Positions 8,298-23,459 of a stretch of 23,520 nucleotides of DNA are shown piece by piece. Origin of the DNA: Utricularia gibba (Eukaryota > Plantae > Magnoliophyta); the NCBI GenBank assembly GCA_002189035.1, contig NEEC01000335.1, positions 1 through 23,520 of the forward strand. The letters run 5' to 3'. The notes beneath the pieces were generated by a model. The model did not search any database. It saw only the letters and a list, made by a program, of their open reading frames with translations, and was not told where the DNA came from. A program made the translations under genes and the position numbers. Each line of letters opens with the position of its first letter. The stretch's first letter is position 1.

Positions 8298-8608
8298 CAG
8301 CCCGTGTGCATACGCAGCAGCACCACGAGGCCACATGGGCTTGGTTAATGCCCGCGTGCTCGAGCAGCAGCCACAAGGCCATACGGCCGTGGAAAAAAAG
8401 AAAAACAACCATAAAATACAATAAGCCAAAAATAAAAAATAAAATTGATAAACCCTTGGTTCGGTTCGGGCCCAATCAAAACCCGTAGGGTTTAACCGTT
8501 CGGGTTGAACAGAAAGACAACCCCATGGGTCATGCAAACTGTAATACCCAGAATTTCATCGGGTTGGGTCCGAACCTGAATGGATCCAACCCAGGCCCAT
8601 CTCTAATC

Positions 8609-9507
8609 ATAATCATATGATATAGGTTTATTAAATTATAAATAATTGAAATACATTATTTATTAAACCGTAGGATAACTGTGAAAGCTTCTTTGACTTA
8701 ATTATTACCATTTGATCCTCAGTTGTACTTTGGATGGAGTGTGTATTTTTACTTTAGTCAATTTAATTAGCATTCGATCCTTGGTTATGATTCAGATCAT
8801 ATTTGCTATTTTTTTACTTTAAATATTTTTATTATCATTCGATCCTTAAGTATAATGCGGATCGAGCGCGTATTTTTTATTTTAATATTTTTTATTAGCA
8901 TTCGAACGTTAGGTATGCTGCGGATCGAGCGTATATTTTTCACTCTCATATTTTTATTAGCCTTAGATCCTTAGGTATACTTTGGATCGAGTGCATATTC
9001 ATTTATTTTAAATCTTAATTAGCGTTCCACCGTTAGGAGCAATTTAGAACGTGTATACATTACAATGCCATGCCACACGGGCGTGGTTTACGCACAACCC
9101 ACGCCCGTGTGCCCTTGCAATGTAAACACGCTCCACATTGCTCCTAAGGATCGAGCGTTAACACAAGTTTCAAGTAAACCATCTCCACTCGATCCGAATC
9201 ATGTCTAAAGACCGAAAGCCAATAAAAATATTAAAATAAAAAATATACGCTCGATCCGCATCATATCTTAGAATCGAATGCAAATAGAATCGTTCAAATA
9301 AAAAATATACACTCGATTGGAATCTTAACCAAGGATCGAATGCTAATTAAAATGATTAAAATAAAAATGCACACTCCATCCAAAGTATAACTAAGGGTCG
9401 AATGCTAATAAAATTAAAAACTAAGAAACTTTCACATGTAGTATATGCTTTAATAACTAACGTATTTACATTATTTATATTTTAATAAACATATATCACA
9501 TGATTAT
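8609..9507. repeat. Foldback inverted repeat, copy 4 (899 bp)
   Basis: Same termini and arms as the reference copy. Confidence 0.95.
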
Positions 9508-9775
9508 AAAAATATTTTTTTGTCATTGTAGAAAGCTCATCACGCCACGCACACCACCCTGGAGAGGTTTCAACAGCTGTTATGAACTCACAACCCTTGC
9601 TCAGCAGATTCAGTAAAATTCTCTAACACTTGGGCTTCCAACGGATCATATCCCATATTCATTCATACGAAATTGTGCAAGAATAATGTGACTTTGAGTT
9701 TGAACTAGATAGTAGGACGCTGATCGAAGAATGGCCCATCGAGTCTCTAAAATTGGCCGTCCTCGCTCAACAAAT

Positions 9776-10626
9776 GTGGGGTGCACGTGACATCCCAATT
9801 TCAACAAATGCATCATGATTTTCGTCGAGTGGGCCCATGAGCCCGTCCGAACCCGGGGCCCGGGCCAAGGGCCCCTCGAGAGCGCCCGCCTCAATACGAG
9901 GAGGTGTTCCTTCAAAAACCATATACGCGTCTCGTCACAACCCAACGTTAATAAATGCATCACTTTTTTTGGCGCGCTACTGCTGACTTTGGGCCTGAGT
10001 TCGGCACGACCTCCGGCTCGATCAGGGTGCCCCCGAGAGCTCCTCCTTAAGTATAAAGTGTGTTGTTGAAAAAAACCGTGTGCGGTTCTCGTGACATCCT
10101 AACTTCAACAAATGCATCACGATTTTCGTCGAGTCGGACGGGACCGGGCTCCCGGGGCCCGGACGAGGCGCAGCGCCCGCTCCCCTCCCCCCAAAACTAG
10201 AAGGTGTTCCATGGAAAACCATTTAGGCGGCTCGTGACAACCCAAAGTTAATAAATGCATCACTTTCTTTGCCGGGCTACAATGACTTTACGCTCGAGCC
10301 TGGTACGACGTATGGGAAGATTCGAGTGCCCCCCGAGAGCGTCTCCACAAGTATAAAGCGTGTTGTTGAAAAAACCGTGTTGGGTGCACGTGACATCCTA
10401 ATTTCAACAAATGTGTCACGATTTTCGCCGAGTGGGACCAGAGTGGGCTCATCAGCCAGACCGAACCCGGGGCCCAAGCCAAGGGCCCCTCGAGAGCGCC
10501 CCCCACAAAACTAGATGGTGTTCCACGAAAAAAAATTAGGCGGCTCGTGATAACCCAACGCTAAGAAATGCATCCCTTTTTTCGCCGGGCTAAAACTGAC
10601 TTTGGGCTCATGCCCGGCGCGACCCC
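9776..10626. repeat. GC-rich ~150/300-bp subrepeat block, copy 5
   Basis: First and last anchor motifs at 9786 and 10546. Confidence 0.9.
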
Positions 10627-10936
10627 AGCCCGTGTGCATACGCAGCAGCACCACGAGGCCACATGGGCTTGGTTAATGCCCGCGTGCTCGAGCAGCAGCC
10701 ACAAGGCCATACGGCCGTGGAAAAAAAGAAAACAACCATAAAATACAATAAGCCAAAAATAAAAAATAAAATTGATAAACCCTTGGTTCGGTTCGGGCCC
10801 AATCAAAACCCGTAGGGTTTAACCCGTTCGGGTTGAACAGAAAGACAACCCCATGGGTCATGCAAACTGTAATACCCAGAATTTCATCGGGTTGGGTCCG
10901 AACCTGAATGGATCCAACCCAGGCCCATCTCTAATC

Positions 10937-11835
10937 ATAATCATATGATATAGGTTTATTAAATTATAAATAATTGAAATACATTATTTATTAAACCGTA
11001 GGATAACTGTGAAAGCTTCTTTGACTTAATTATTACCATTTGATCCTCAGTTGTACTTTGGATGGAGTGTGTATTTTTACTTTAGTCAATTTAATTAGCA
11101 TTCGATCCTTGGTTATGATTCAGATCATATTTGCTATTTTTTTACTTTAAATATTTTTATTATCATTCGATCCTTAAGTATAATGCGGATCGAGCGCGTA
11201 TTTTTTATTTTAATATTTTTTATTAGCATTCGAACGTTAGGTATGCTGCGGATCGAGCGTATATTTTTCACTCTCATATTTTTATTAGCCTTAGATCCTT
11301 AGGTATACTTTGGATCGAGTGCATATTCATTTATTTTAAATCTTAATTAGCGTTCCACCGTTAGGAGCAATTTAGAACGTGTATACATTACAATGCCATG
11401 CCACACGGGCGTGGTTTACGCACAACCCACGCCCGTGTGCCCTTGCAATGTAAACACGCTCCACATTGCTCCTAAGGATCGAGCGTTAACACAAGTTTCA
11501 AGTAAACCATCTCCACTCGATCCGAATCATGTCTAAAGACCGAAAGCCAATAAAAATATTAAAATAAAAAATATACGCTCGATCCGCATCATATCTTAGA
11601 ATCGAATGCAAATAGAATCGTTCAAATAAAAAATATACACTCGATTGGAATCTTAACCAAGGATCGAATGCTAATTAAAATGATTAAAATAAAAATGCAC
11701 ACTCCATCCAAAGTATAACTAAGGGTCGAATGCTAATAAAATTAAAAACTAAGAAACTTTCACATGTAGTATATGCTTTAATAACTAACGTATTTACATT
11801 ATTTATATTTTAATAAACATATATCACATGATTAT
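10937..11835. repeat. Foldback inverted repeat, copy 5 (899 bp)
   Basis: Same termini and arms as the reference copy. Confidence 0.95.
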
Positions 11836-12105
11836 AAAAATATTTTTTTTGTCATTGTAGAAAGCTCATCACGCCACGCACACCACCCTGGAGAGGTTTC
11901 AACAGCTGTTATGAACTCACAACCCCTTGCTCAGCAGATTCAGTAAAATTCTCTAACACTTGGGCTTCCAACGGATCATATCCCATATTCATTCATACGA
12001 AATTGTGCAAGAATAATGTGACTTTGAGTTTGAACTAGATAGTAGGACGCTGATCGAAGAATGGCCCATCGAGTCTCTAAAATTGGCCGTCCTCGCTCAA
12101 CAAAT

Positions 12106-12954
12106 GTGGGGTGCACGTGACATCCCAATTTCAACAAATGCATCATGATTTTCGTCGAGTGGGCCCATGAGCCCGTCCGAACCCGGGGCCCGGGCCAAGG
12201 GCCCTCGAGAGCGCCCGCCTCAATACGAGGAGGTGTTCCTTCAAAAACCATATACGCGTCTCGTCACAACCCAACGTTAATAAATGCATCACTTTTTTTG
12301 GCGCGCTACTGCTGACTTTGGGCCTGAGTTCGGCACGACCTCCGGCTCGATCAGGGTGCCCCACCGAGCTCCTCCTTAAGTATAAAGTGTGTTGTTGAAA
12401 AAAACCGTGTGCGGTTCTCGTGACATCCTAACTTCAACAAATGCATCACGATTTTCGTCGAGTCGGACGGGACCGGGCTCCCGGGGCCCGGACGAGGCGC
12501 AGCGCCCGCTCCCTCCCCCCCAAAACTAGAAGGTGTTCCATGGAAAACCATTTAGGCGGCTCGTGACAACCCAAAGTTAATAAATGCATCACTTTCTTTG
12601 CCGGGCTACAATGACTTTACGCTCGAGCCTGGTACGACGTATGGGAAGATTCGAGTGCCCCCCGAGAGCGTCTCCACAAGTATAAAGCGTGTTGTTGAAA
12701 AAACCGTGTTGGGTGCACGTGACATCCTAATTTCAACAAATGTGTCACGATTTTCGCCGAGTGGGACCAGAGTGGGCTCATCAGCCAGACCGAACCCGGG
12801 GCCCAAGCCAAGGGCCCTCGAGAGCGCCCCCCACAAAACTAGATGGTGTTCCACGAAAAAAAATTAGGCGGCTCGTGATAACCCAACGCTAAGAAATGCA
12901 TCCCTTTTTTCGCCGGGCTAAAACTGACTTTGGGCTCATGCCCGGCGCGACCCC
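12106..12954. repeat. GC-rich ~150/300-bp subrepeat block, copy 6
   Basis: First and last anchor motifs at 12116 and 12874. Confidence 0.9.
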
Positions 12955-13266
12955 CAGCCCGTGTGCATACGCAGCAGCACCACGAGGCCACATGGGCTTG
13001 GTTAATGCCCGCGTGCTCGAGCAGCAGCCACAAGGCCATACGGCCGTGGAAAAAAAGAAAAACAACCATAAAATACAATAAGCCAAAAATAAAAAATAAA
13101 ATTGATAAACCCTTGGTTCGGTTCGGGCCCAATCAAAACCCGTAGGGTTTAACCCGTTCGGGTTGAACAGAAAGACAACCCCATGGGTCATGCAAACTGT
13201 AATACCCAGAATTTCATCGGGTTGGGTCCGAACCTGAATGGATCCAACCCAGGCCCATCTCTAATC

Positions 13267-14165
13267 ATAATCATATGATATAGGTTTATTAAATTATAAA
13301 TAATTGAAATACATTATTTATTAAACCGTAGGATAACTGTGAAAGCTTCTTTGACTTAATTATTACCATTTGATCCTCAGTTGTACTTTGGATGGAGTGT
13401 GTATTTTTACTTTAGTCAATTTAATTAGCATTCGATCCTTGGTTATGATTCAGATCATATTTGCTATTTTTTTACTTTAAATATTTTTATTATCATTCGA
13501 TCCTTAAGTATAATGCGGATCGAGCGCGTATTTTTTATTTTAATATTTTTTATTAGCATTCGAACGTTAGGTATGCTGCGGATCGAGCGTATATTTTTCA
13601 CTCTCATATTTTTATTAGCCTTAGATCCTTAGGTATACTTTGGATCGAGTGCATATTCATTTATTTTAAATCTTAATTAGCGTTCCACCGTTAGGAGCAA
13701 TTTAGAACGTGTATACATTACAATGCCATGCCACACGGGCGTGGTTTACGCACAACCCACGCCCGTGTGCCCTTGCAATGTAAACACGCTCCACATTGCT
13801 CCTAAGGATCGAGCGTTAACACAAGTTTCAAGTAAACCATCTCCACTCGATCCGAATCATGTCTAAAGACCGAAAGCCAATAAAAATATTAAAATAAAAA
13901 ATATACGCTCGATCCGCATCATATCTTAGAATCGAATGCAAATAGAATCGTTCAAATAAAAAATATACACTCGATTGGAATCTTAACCAAGGATCGAATG
14001 CTAATTAAAATGATTAAAATAAAAATGCACACTCCATCCAAAGTATAACTAAGGGTCGAATGCTAATAAAATTAAAAACTAAGAAACTTTCACATGTAGT
14101 ATATGCTTTAATAACTAACGTATTTACATTATTTATATTTTAATAAACATATATCACATGATTAT
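13267..14165. repeat. Foldback inverted repeat, copy 6 (899 bp)
   Basis: Same termini and arms as the reference copy. Confidence 0.95.
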
Positions 14166-14435
14166 AAAAATATTTTTTTTGTCATTGTAGAAAGCTCATC
14201 ACGCCACGCACACCACCCTGGAGAGGTTTCAACAGCTGTTATGAACTCACAACCCCTTGCTCAGCAGATTCAGTAAAATTCTCTAACACTTGGGCTTCCA
14301 ACGGATCATATCCCATATTCATTCATACGAAATTGTGCAAGAATAATGTGACTTTGAGTTTGAACTAGATAGTAGGACGCTGATCGAAGAATGGCCCATC
14401 GAGTCTCTAAAATTGGCCGTCCTCGCTCAACAAAT

Positions 14436-15285
14436 GTGGGGTGCACGTGACATCCCAATTTCAACAAATGCATCATGATTTTCGTCGAGTGGGCCCATGA
14501 GCCCGTCCGAACCCGGGGCCCGGGCCAAGGGCCCCTCGAGAGCGCCCGCCTCAATACGAGGAGGTGTTCCTTCAAAAACCATATACGCGTCTCGTCACAA
14601 CCCAACGTTAATAAATGCATCACTTTTTTTGGCGCGCTACTGCTGACTTTGGGCCTGAGTTCGGCACGACCTCCGGCTCGATCAGGGTGCCCCCCGAGAG
14701 CTCCTCCTTAAGTATAAAGTGTGTTGTTGAAAAAAACCGTGTGCGGTTCTCGTGACATCCTAACTTCAACAAATGCATCACGATTTTCGTCGAGTCGGAC
14801 GGGACCGGGCTCCGGGGCCCGGACGAGGCGCAGCGCCCGCTCCCCTCCCCCAAAACTAGAAGGTGTTCCATGGAAAACCATTTAGGCGGCTCGTGACAAC
14901 CCAAAGTTAATAAATGCATCACTTTCTTTGCCGGGCTACAATGACTTTACGCTCGAGCCTGGTACGACGTATGGGAAGATTCGAGTGCCCCCCGAGAGCG
15001 TCTCCACAAGTATAAAGCGTGTTGTTGAAAAAACCGTGTTGGGTGCACGTGACATCCTAATTTCAACAAATGTGTCACGATTTTCGCCGAGTGGGACCAG
15101 AGTGGGCTCATCAGCCAGACCGAACCCGGGGCCCAAGCCAAGGGCCCCTCGAGAGCGCCCCCCACAAAACTAGATGGTGTTCCACGAAAAAAAATTAGGC
15201 GGCTCGTGATAACCCAACGCTAAGAAATGCATCCCTTTTTTCGCCGGGCTAAAACTGACTTTGGGCTCATGCCCGGCGCGACCCC
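14436..15285. repeat. GC-rich ~150/300-bp subrepeat block, copy 7
   Basis: First and last anchor motifs at 14446 and 15205. Confidence 0.9.
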
Positions 15286-15595
15286 AGCCCGTGTGCATAC
15301 GCAGCAGCACCACGAGGCCACATGGGCTTGGTTAATGCCCGCGTGCTCGAGCAGCAGCCACAAGGCCATACGGCCGTGGAAAAAAAGAAAACAACCATAA
15401 AATACAATAAGCCAAAAATAAAAAATAAAATTGATAAACCCTTGGTTCGGTTCGGGCCCAATCAAAACCCGTAGGGTTTAACCCGTTCGGGTTGAACAGA
15501 AAGACAACCCCATGGGTCATGCAAACTGTAATACCCAGAATTTCATCGGGTTGGGTCCGAACCTGAATGGATCCAACCCAGGCCCATCTCTAATC

Positions 15596-16494
15596 ATAAT
15601 CATATGATATAGGTTTATTAAATTATAAATAATTGAAATACATTATTTATTAAACCGTAGGATAACTGTGAAAGCTTCTTTGACTTAATTATTACCATTT
15701 GATCCTCAGTTGTACTTTGGATGGAGTGTGTATTTTTACTTTAGTCAATTTAATTAGCATTCGATCCTTGGTTATGATTCAGATCATATTTGCTATTTTT
15801 TTACTTTAAATATTTTTATTATCATTCGATCCTTAAGTATAATGCGGATCGAGCGCGTATTTTTTATTTTAATATTTTTTATTAGCATTCGAACGTTAGG
15901 TATGCTGCGGATCGAGCGTATATTTTTCACTCTCATATTTTTATTAGCCTTAGATCCTTAGGTATACTTTGGATCGAGTGCATATTCATTTATTTTAAAT
16001 CTTAATTAGCGTTCCACCGTTAGGAGCAATTTAGAACGTGTATACATTACAATGCCATGCCACACGGGCGTGGTTTACGCACAACCCACGCCCGTGTGCC
16101 CTTGCAATGTAAACACGCTCCACATTGCTCCTAAGGATCGAGCGTTAACACAAGTTTCAAGTAAACCATCTCCACTCGATCCGAATCATGTCTAAAGACC
16201 GAAAGCCAATAAAAATATTAAAATAAAAAATATACGCTCGATCCGCATCATATCTTAGAATCGAATGCAAATAGAATCGTTCAAATAAAAAATATACACT
16301 CGATTGGAATCTTAACCAAGGATCGAATGCTAATTAAAATGATTAAAATAAAAATGCACACTCCATCCAAAGTATAACTAAGGGTCGAATGCTAATAAAA
16401 TTAAAAACTAAGAAACTTTCACATGTAGTATATGCTTTAATAACTAACGTATTTACATTATTTATATTTTAATAAACATATATCACATGATTAT
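15596..16494. repeat. Foldback inverted repeat, copy 7 (899 bp)
   Basis: Same termini and arms as the reference copy. Confidence 0.95.
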
Positions 16495-16764
16495 AAAAAT
16501 ATTTTTTTTGTCATTGTAGAAAGCTCATCACGCCACGCACACCACCCTGGAGAGGTTTCAACAGCTGTTATGAACTCACAACCCCTTGCTCAGCAGATTC
16601 AGTAAAATTCTCTAACACTTGGGCTTCCAACGGATCATATCCCATATTCATTCATACGAAATTGTGCAAGAATAATGTGACTTTGAGTTTGAACTAGATA
16701 GTAGGACGCTGATCGAAGAATGGCCCATCGAGTCTCTAAAATTGGCCGTCCTCGCTCAACAAAT

Positions 16765-17618
16765 GTGGGGTGCACGTGACATCCCAATTTCAACAAATGC
16801 ATCATGATTTTCGTCGAGTGGGCCCATGAGCCCGTCCGAACCCGGGGCCCGGGCCAAGGGCCCCTCGAGAGCGCCCGCCTCAATACGAGGAGGTGTTCCT
16901 TCAAAAACCATATACGCGTCTCGTCACAACCCAACGTTAATAAATGCATCACTTTTTTTGGCGCGCTACTGCTGACTTTGGGCCTGAGTTCGGCACGACC
17001 TCCGGCTCGATCAGGGTGCCCCACCGAGAGCTCCTCCTTAAGTATAAAGTGTGTTGTTGAAAAAAACCGTGTGCGGTTCTCGTGACATCCTAACTTCAAC
17101 AAATGCATCACGATTTTCGTCGAGTCGGACGGGACCGGGCTCCCGGGGCCCGGACGAGGCGCAGCGCCCGCTCCCCTCCCCCCAAAACTAGAAGGTGTTC
17201 CATGGAAAACCATTTAGGCGGCTCGTGACAACCCAAAGTTAATAAATGCATCACTTTCTTTGCCGGGCTACAATGACTTTACGCTCGAGCCTGGTACGAC
17301 GTATGGGAAGATTCGAGTGCCCCCCGAGAGCGTCTCCACAAGTATAAAGCGTGTTGTTGAAAAAACCGTGTTGGGTGCACGTGACATCCTAATTTCAACA
17401 AATGTGTCACGATTTTCGCCGAGTGGGACCAGAGTGGGCTCATCAGCCAGACCGAACCCGGGGCCCAAGCCAAGGGCCCCTCGAGAGCGCCCCCCCACAA
17501 AACTAGATGGTGTTCCACGAAAAAAAATTAGGCGGCTCGTGATAACCCAACGCTAAGAAATGCATCCCTTTTTTCGCCGGGCTAAAACTGACTTTGGGCT
17601 CATGCCCGGCGCGACCCC
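16765..17618. repeat. GC-rich ~150/300-bp subrepeat block, copy 8
   Basis: First and last anchor motifs at 16775 and 17538. Confidence 0.9.
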
Positions 17619-17927
17619 AGCCCGTGTGCATACGCAGCAGCACCACGAGGCCACATGGGCTTGGTTAATGCCCGCGTGCTCGAGCAGCAGCCACAAGGCC
17701 ATACGGCCGTGGAAAAAAGAAAAACAACCATAAAATACAATAAGCCAAAAATAAAAAATAAAATTGATAAACCCTTGGTTCGGTTCGGGCCCAATCAAAA
17801 CCCGTAGGGTTTAACCCGTTCGGGTTGAACAGAAAGACAACCCATGGGTCATGCAAACTGTAATACCCAGAATTTCATCGGGTTGGGTCCGAACCTGAAT
17901 GGATCCAACCCAGGCCCATCTCTAATC

Positions 17928-18826
17928 ATAATCATATGATATAGGTTTATTAAATTATAAATAATTGAAATACATTATTTATTAAACCGTAGGATAACTG
18001 TGAAAGCTTCTTTGACTTAATTATTACCATTTGATCCTCAGTTGTACTTTGGATGGAGTGTGTATTTTTACTTTAGTCAATTTAATTAGCATTCGATCCT
18101 TGGTTATGATTCAGATCATATTTGCTATTTTTTTACTTTAAATATTTTTATTATCATTCGATCCTTAAGTATAATGCGGATCGAGCGCGTATTTTTTATT
18201 TTAATATTTTTTATTAGCATTCGAACGTTAGGTATGCTGCGGATCGAGCGTATATTTTTCACTCTCATATTTTTATTAGCCTTAGATCCTTAGGTATACT
18301 TTGGATCGAGTGCATATTCATTTATTTTAAATCTTAATTAGCGTTCCACCGTTAGGAGCAATTTAGAACGTGTATACATTACAATGCCATGCCACACGGG
18401 CGTGGTTTACGCACAACCCACGCCCGTGTGCCCTTGCAATGTAAACACGCTCCACATTGCTCCTAAGGATCGAGCGTTAACACAAGTTTCAAGTAAACCA
18501 TCTCCACTCGATCCGAATCATGTCTAAAGACCGAAAGCCAATAAAAATATTAAAATAAAAAATATACGCTCGATCCGCATCATATCTTAGAATCGAATGC
18601 AAATAGAATCGTTCAAATAAAAAATATACACTCGATTGGAATCTTAACCAAGGATCGAATGCTAATTAAAATGATTAAAATAAAAATGCACACTCCATCC
18701 AAAGTATAACTAAGGGTCGAATGCTAATAAAATTAAAAACTAAGAAACTTTCACATGTAGTATATGCTTTAATAACTAACGTATTTACATTATTTATATT
18801 TTAATAAACATATATCACATGATTAT
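17928..18826. repeat. Foldback inverted repeat, copy 8 (899 bp)
   Basis: Same termini and arms as the reference copy. Confidence 0.95.
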
Positions 18827-19095
18827 AAAAATATTTTTTTGTCATTGTAGAAAGCTCATCACGCCACGCACACCACCCTGGAGAGGTTTCAACAGCTGTT
18901 ATGAACTCACAACCCCTTGCTCAGCAGATTCAGTAAAATTCTCTAACACTTGGGCTTCCAACGGATCATATCCCATATTCATTCATACGAAATTGTGCAA
19001 GAATAATGTGACTTTGAGTTTGAACTAGATAGTAGGACGCTGATCGAAGAATGGCCCATCGAGTCTCTAAAATTGGCCGTCCTCGCTCAACAAAT

Positions 19096-19945
19096 GTGGG
19101 GTGCACGTGACATCCCAATTTCAACAAATGCATCATGATTTTCGTCGAGTGGGCCCATGAGCCCGTCCGAACCCGGGGCCCGGGCCAAGGGCCCCTCGAG
19201 AGCGCCCGCCTCAATACGAGGAGGTGTTCCTTCAAAAACCATATACGCGTCTCGTCACAACCCAACGTTAATAAATGCATCACTTTTTTTGGCGCGCTAC
19301 TGCTGACTTTGGGCCTGAGTTCGGCACGACCTCCGGCCGATCAGGGTGCCCCACCGAGAGCTCCTCCTTAAGTATAAAGTGTGTTGTTGAAAAAAACCGT
19401 GTGCGGTTCTCGTGACATCCTAACTTCAACAAATGCATCACGATTTTCGTCGAGTCGGACGGGACCGGGCTCCCGGGGCCCGGACGAGGCGCAGCGCCCG
19501 CTCCCTCCCCCCAAAACTAGAAGGTGTTCCATGGAAAACCATTTAGGCGGCTCGTGACAACCCAAAGTTAATAAATGCATCACTTTCTTTGCCGGGCTAC
19601 AATGACTTTACGCTCGAGCCTGGTACGACGTATGGGAAGATTCGAGTGCCCCCGAGAGCGTCTCCACAAGTATAAAGCGTGTTGTTGAAAAAACCGTGTT
19701 GGTGCACGTGACATCCTAATTTCAACAAATGTGTCACGATTTTCGCCGAGTGGGACCAGAGTGGGCTCATCAGCCAGACCGAACCCGGGGCCCAAGCCAA
19801 GGGCCCCTCGAGAGCGCCCCCCCACAAAACTAGATGGTGTTCCACGAAAAAAAATTAGGCGGCTCGTGATAACCCAACGCTAAGAAATGCATCCCTTTTT
19901 TCGCCGGCTAAAACTGACTTTGGGCTCATGCCCGGCGCGACCCCA
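19096..19945. repeat. GC-rich ~150/300-bp subrepeat block, copy 9
   Basis: First and last anchor motifs at 19106 and 19865. Confidence 0.9.
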
Positions 19946-20252
19946 GCCCGTGTGCATACGCAGCAGCACCACGAGGCCACATGGGCTTGGTTAATGCCCG
20001 CGTGCTCGAGCAGCAGCCACAAGGCCATACGGCCGTGGAAAAAAAGAAAACAACCATAAAATACAATAAGCCAAAAATAAAAAATAAATTGATAAACCCT
20101 TGGTTCGGTTCGGGCCAATCAAAACCCGTAGGGTTTAACCCGTTCGGGTTGAACAGAAAGACAACCCCATGGGTCATGCAAACTGTAATACCCAGAATTT
20201 CATCGGGTTGGGTCCGAACCTGAATGGATCCAACCCAGGCCCATCTCTAATC

Positions 20253-21147
20253 ATAATCATATGATATAGGTTTATTAAATTATAAATAATTGAAATACAT
20301 TATTTATTAAACCGTAGGATAACTGTGAAAGCTTCTTTGACTTAATTATTACCATTTGATCCTCAGTTGTACTTTGGATGGAGTGTGTATTTTTACTTTA
20401 GTCAATTTAATTAGCATTCGATCCTTGGTTATGATTCAGATCATATTTGCTATTTTTTACTTTAAATATTTTTATTATCATTCGATCCTTAAGTATAATG
20501 CGGATCGAGCGCGTATTTTTTATTTTAATATTTTTTATTAGCATTCGAACGTTAGGTATGCTGCGGATCGAGCGTATATTTTTCACTCTCATATTTTTAT
20601 TAGCCTTAGATCCTTAGGTATACTTTGGATCGAGTGCATATTCATTTATTTTAAATCTTAATTAGCGTTCACCGTTAGGAGCAATTTAGAACGTGTATAC
20701 ATTACAATGCCATGCCACACGGGCGTGGTTTACGCACAACCCACGCCCGTGTGCCCTTGCAATGTAAACACGCTCCACATTGCTCCTAAGGATCGAGCGT
20801 TAACACAAGTTTCAAGTAAACCATCTCCACTCGATCCGAATCATGTCTAAAGACCGAAAGCCAATAAAAATATTAAAATAAAAAATATACGCTCGATCCG
20901 CATCATATCTTAGAATCGAATGCAAATAGAATCGTTCAAATAAAAAATATACACTCGATTGGAATCTAACCAAGGATCGAATGCTAATTAAAATGATTAA
21001 AATAAAAATGCACACTCCATCCAAAGTATAACTAAGGGTCGAATGCTAATAAAATTAAAACTAAGAAACTTTCACATGTAGTATATGCTTTAATAACTAA
21101 CGTATTTACATTATTTATATTTTAATAAACATATATCACATGATTAT
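20253..21147. repeat. Foldback inverted repeat, copy 9 (895 bp)
   Basis: Same termini and arms, with a few single-base deletions. Confidence 0.94.
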
Positions 21148-21412
21148 AAAAATATTTTTTTTGTCATTGTAGAAAGCTCATCACGCCGTACACCACCTGG
21201 AGAGGTTTCAACAGCTGTTATGAACTCACAACCCCTTGCTCAGCAGATTCAGTAAAATTCTCTAACACTTGGGCTTCCAACGGATCATATCCCATATTCA
21301 TTCATACGAAATTGTGCAAGAATAATGTGACTTTGAGTTTGAACTAGATAGTAGGACGCTGATCGAAGAATGGCCCATCGAGTCTCTAAAATTGGCCGTC
21401 CTCGCAACAAAT

Positions 21413-22258
21413 GTGGGGTGCACGTGACATCCCAATTTCAACAAATGCATCATGATTTTCGTCGAGTGGGCCCATGAGCCCGTCCGAACCCGGGGCCCGG
21501 GCCAAGGGCCCCTCGAGAGCGCCGCCTCAATACGAGGAGGTGTTCCTTCAAAAACCATATACGCGTCTCGTCACAACCAACGTTAATAAATGCATCACTT
21601 TTTTTGGCGCGCTACTGCTGACTTTGGGCCTGAGTTCGGCACGACCTCCGGCTCGATCAGGGTGCCCCACGAGAGCTCCTCCTTAAGTATAAAGTGTGTT
21701 GTTGAAAAAAACGTGTGCGGTTCTCGTGACATCCTAACTTCAACAAATGCATCACGATTTTCGTCGAGTCGGACGGGACCGGGCTCCCGGGGCCCGGACG
21801 AGGCGCAGCGCCCGCTCCCCTCCCCCCAAAACTAGAAGGTGTTCCATGGAAAACCATTTAGGCGGCTCGTGACAACCCAAAGTTAATAAATGCATCACTT
21901 TCTTTGCCGGGCTACAATGACTTTACGCTCGAGCCTGGTACGACGTATGGGAAGATTCGAGTGCCCCCCGAGAGCGTCTCCACAAGTATAAAGCGTGTTG
22001 TTGAAAAAACCGTGTTGGGTGCACGTGACATCCTAATTTCAACAAATGTGTCACGATTTTCGCCGAGTGGGACCAGAGTGGGCTCATCAGCCAGACGAAC
22101 CGGGGCCCAAGCCAAGGGCCCCTCGAGAGCGCCCCCCACAAAACTAGATGGTGTTCCACGAAAAAAATTAGGCGGCTCGTGATAACCAACGCTAAGAAAT
22201 GCATCCCTTTTTTTCGCCGGGCTAAAACTGACTTTGGGCTCATGCCGGCGGACCCCAG
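21413..22258. repeat. GC-rich ~150/300-bp subrepeat block, copy 10
   Basis: First and last anchor motifs at 21423 and 22178; more small indels than the central copies. Confidence 0.88.
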
Positions 22259-22566
22259 CCCGTGTGCATACGCAGCAGCACCACCACGAGGCACATGGGC
22301 TTGGTTAATGCCCGCGTGCTCGAGCAGCAGCCACAAGGCCATACGGCCGTGGAAAAAAAAAAACAACCATAAAATACAATAAGCCAAAAATAAAAAATAA
22401 AATTGATAAACCCTTGGTTCGGTTCGGGCCCAATCAAAACCCGTAGGGTTTAACCCGTTCGGGTTGAACAGAAAGACAACCCATGGGTCATGCAAACTGT
22501 AATACCCAGAATTTCATCGGGTTGGGTCCGAACCTGAATGGATCCAACCCAGGCCCATCTCTAATC

Positions 22567-23459
22567 ATAATCATATGATATAGGTTTATTAAATTATAAA
22601 TAATTGAAATACATTATTTATTAAACCGTAGGATAACTGTGAAAGCTTCTTTGACTTAATTATTACCATTTGATCCTCAGTTGTACTTTGGATGGAGTGT
22701 GTATTTTTACTTTAGTCAATTTAATTAGCATTCGATCCTTGGTTATGATTCAGATCATATTTGCTATTTTTTACTTTAAATATTTTTATTATCATTCGAT
22801 CCTTAAGTATAATGCGGATCGAGCGCGTATTTTTTATTTTAATATTTTTTATTAGCATTCGAACGTTAGGTATGCTGCGGATCGAGCGTATATTTTTCAC
22901 TCTCATATTTTTATTAGCCTTAGATCCTTAGGTATACTTTGGATCGAGTGCATATTCATTTATTTTAAATCTTAATTAGCGTTCCACCGTTAGGAGCAAT
23001 TTAGAACGTGTATACATTACAATGCCATGCCACACGGGTGGTTTACGCACAACCACGCCCGTGTGCCCTTGCAATGTAAACACGCTCCACATTGCTCCTA
23101 AGGATCGAGCGTTAACACAAGTTTCAAGTAAACCATCTCCACTCGATCCGAATCATGTCTAAAGACCGAAAGCCAATAAAAATATTAAAATAAAAAATAT
23201 ACGCTCGATCCGCATCATATCTTAGAATCGAATGCAAATAGAATCGTTCAAATAAAAATATACACTCGATTGGAATCTTAACCAAGGATCGAATGCTAAT
23301 TAAAATGATTAAAATAAAAATGCACACTCCATCCAAAGTATAACTAAGGGTCGAATGCTAATAAAATTAAAAACTAAGAAACTTTCACATGTAGTATATG
23401 CTTTAATAACTAACGTATTTACATTATTTATATTTTAATAAACATATATCACATGATTA
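22567..23459. repeat. Foldback inverted repeat, copy 10 (~893 bp)
   Basis: Same arms. The central stem has small deletions (CACACGGGTGG...AACCACGCCC) and the right terminus reads ATGATTA. Confidence 0.92.
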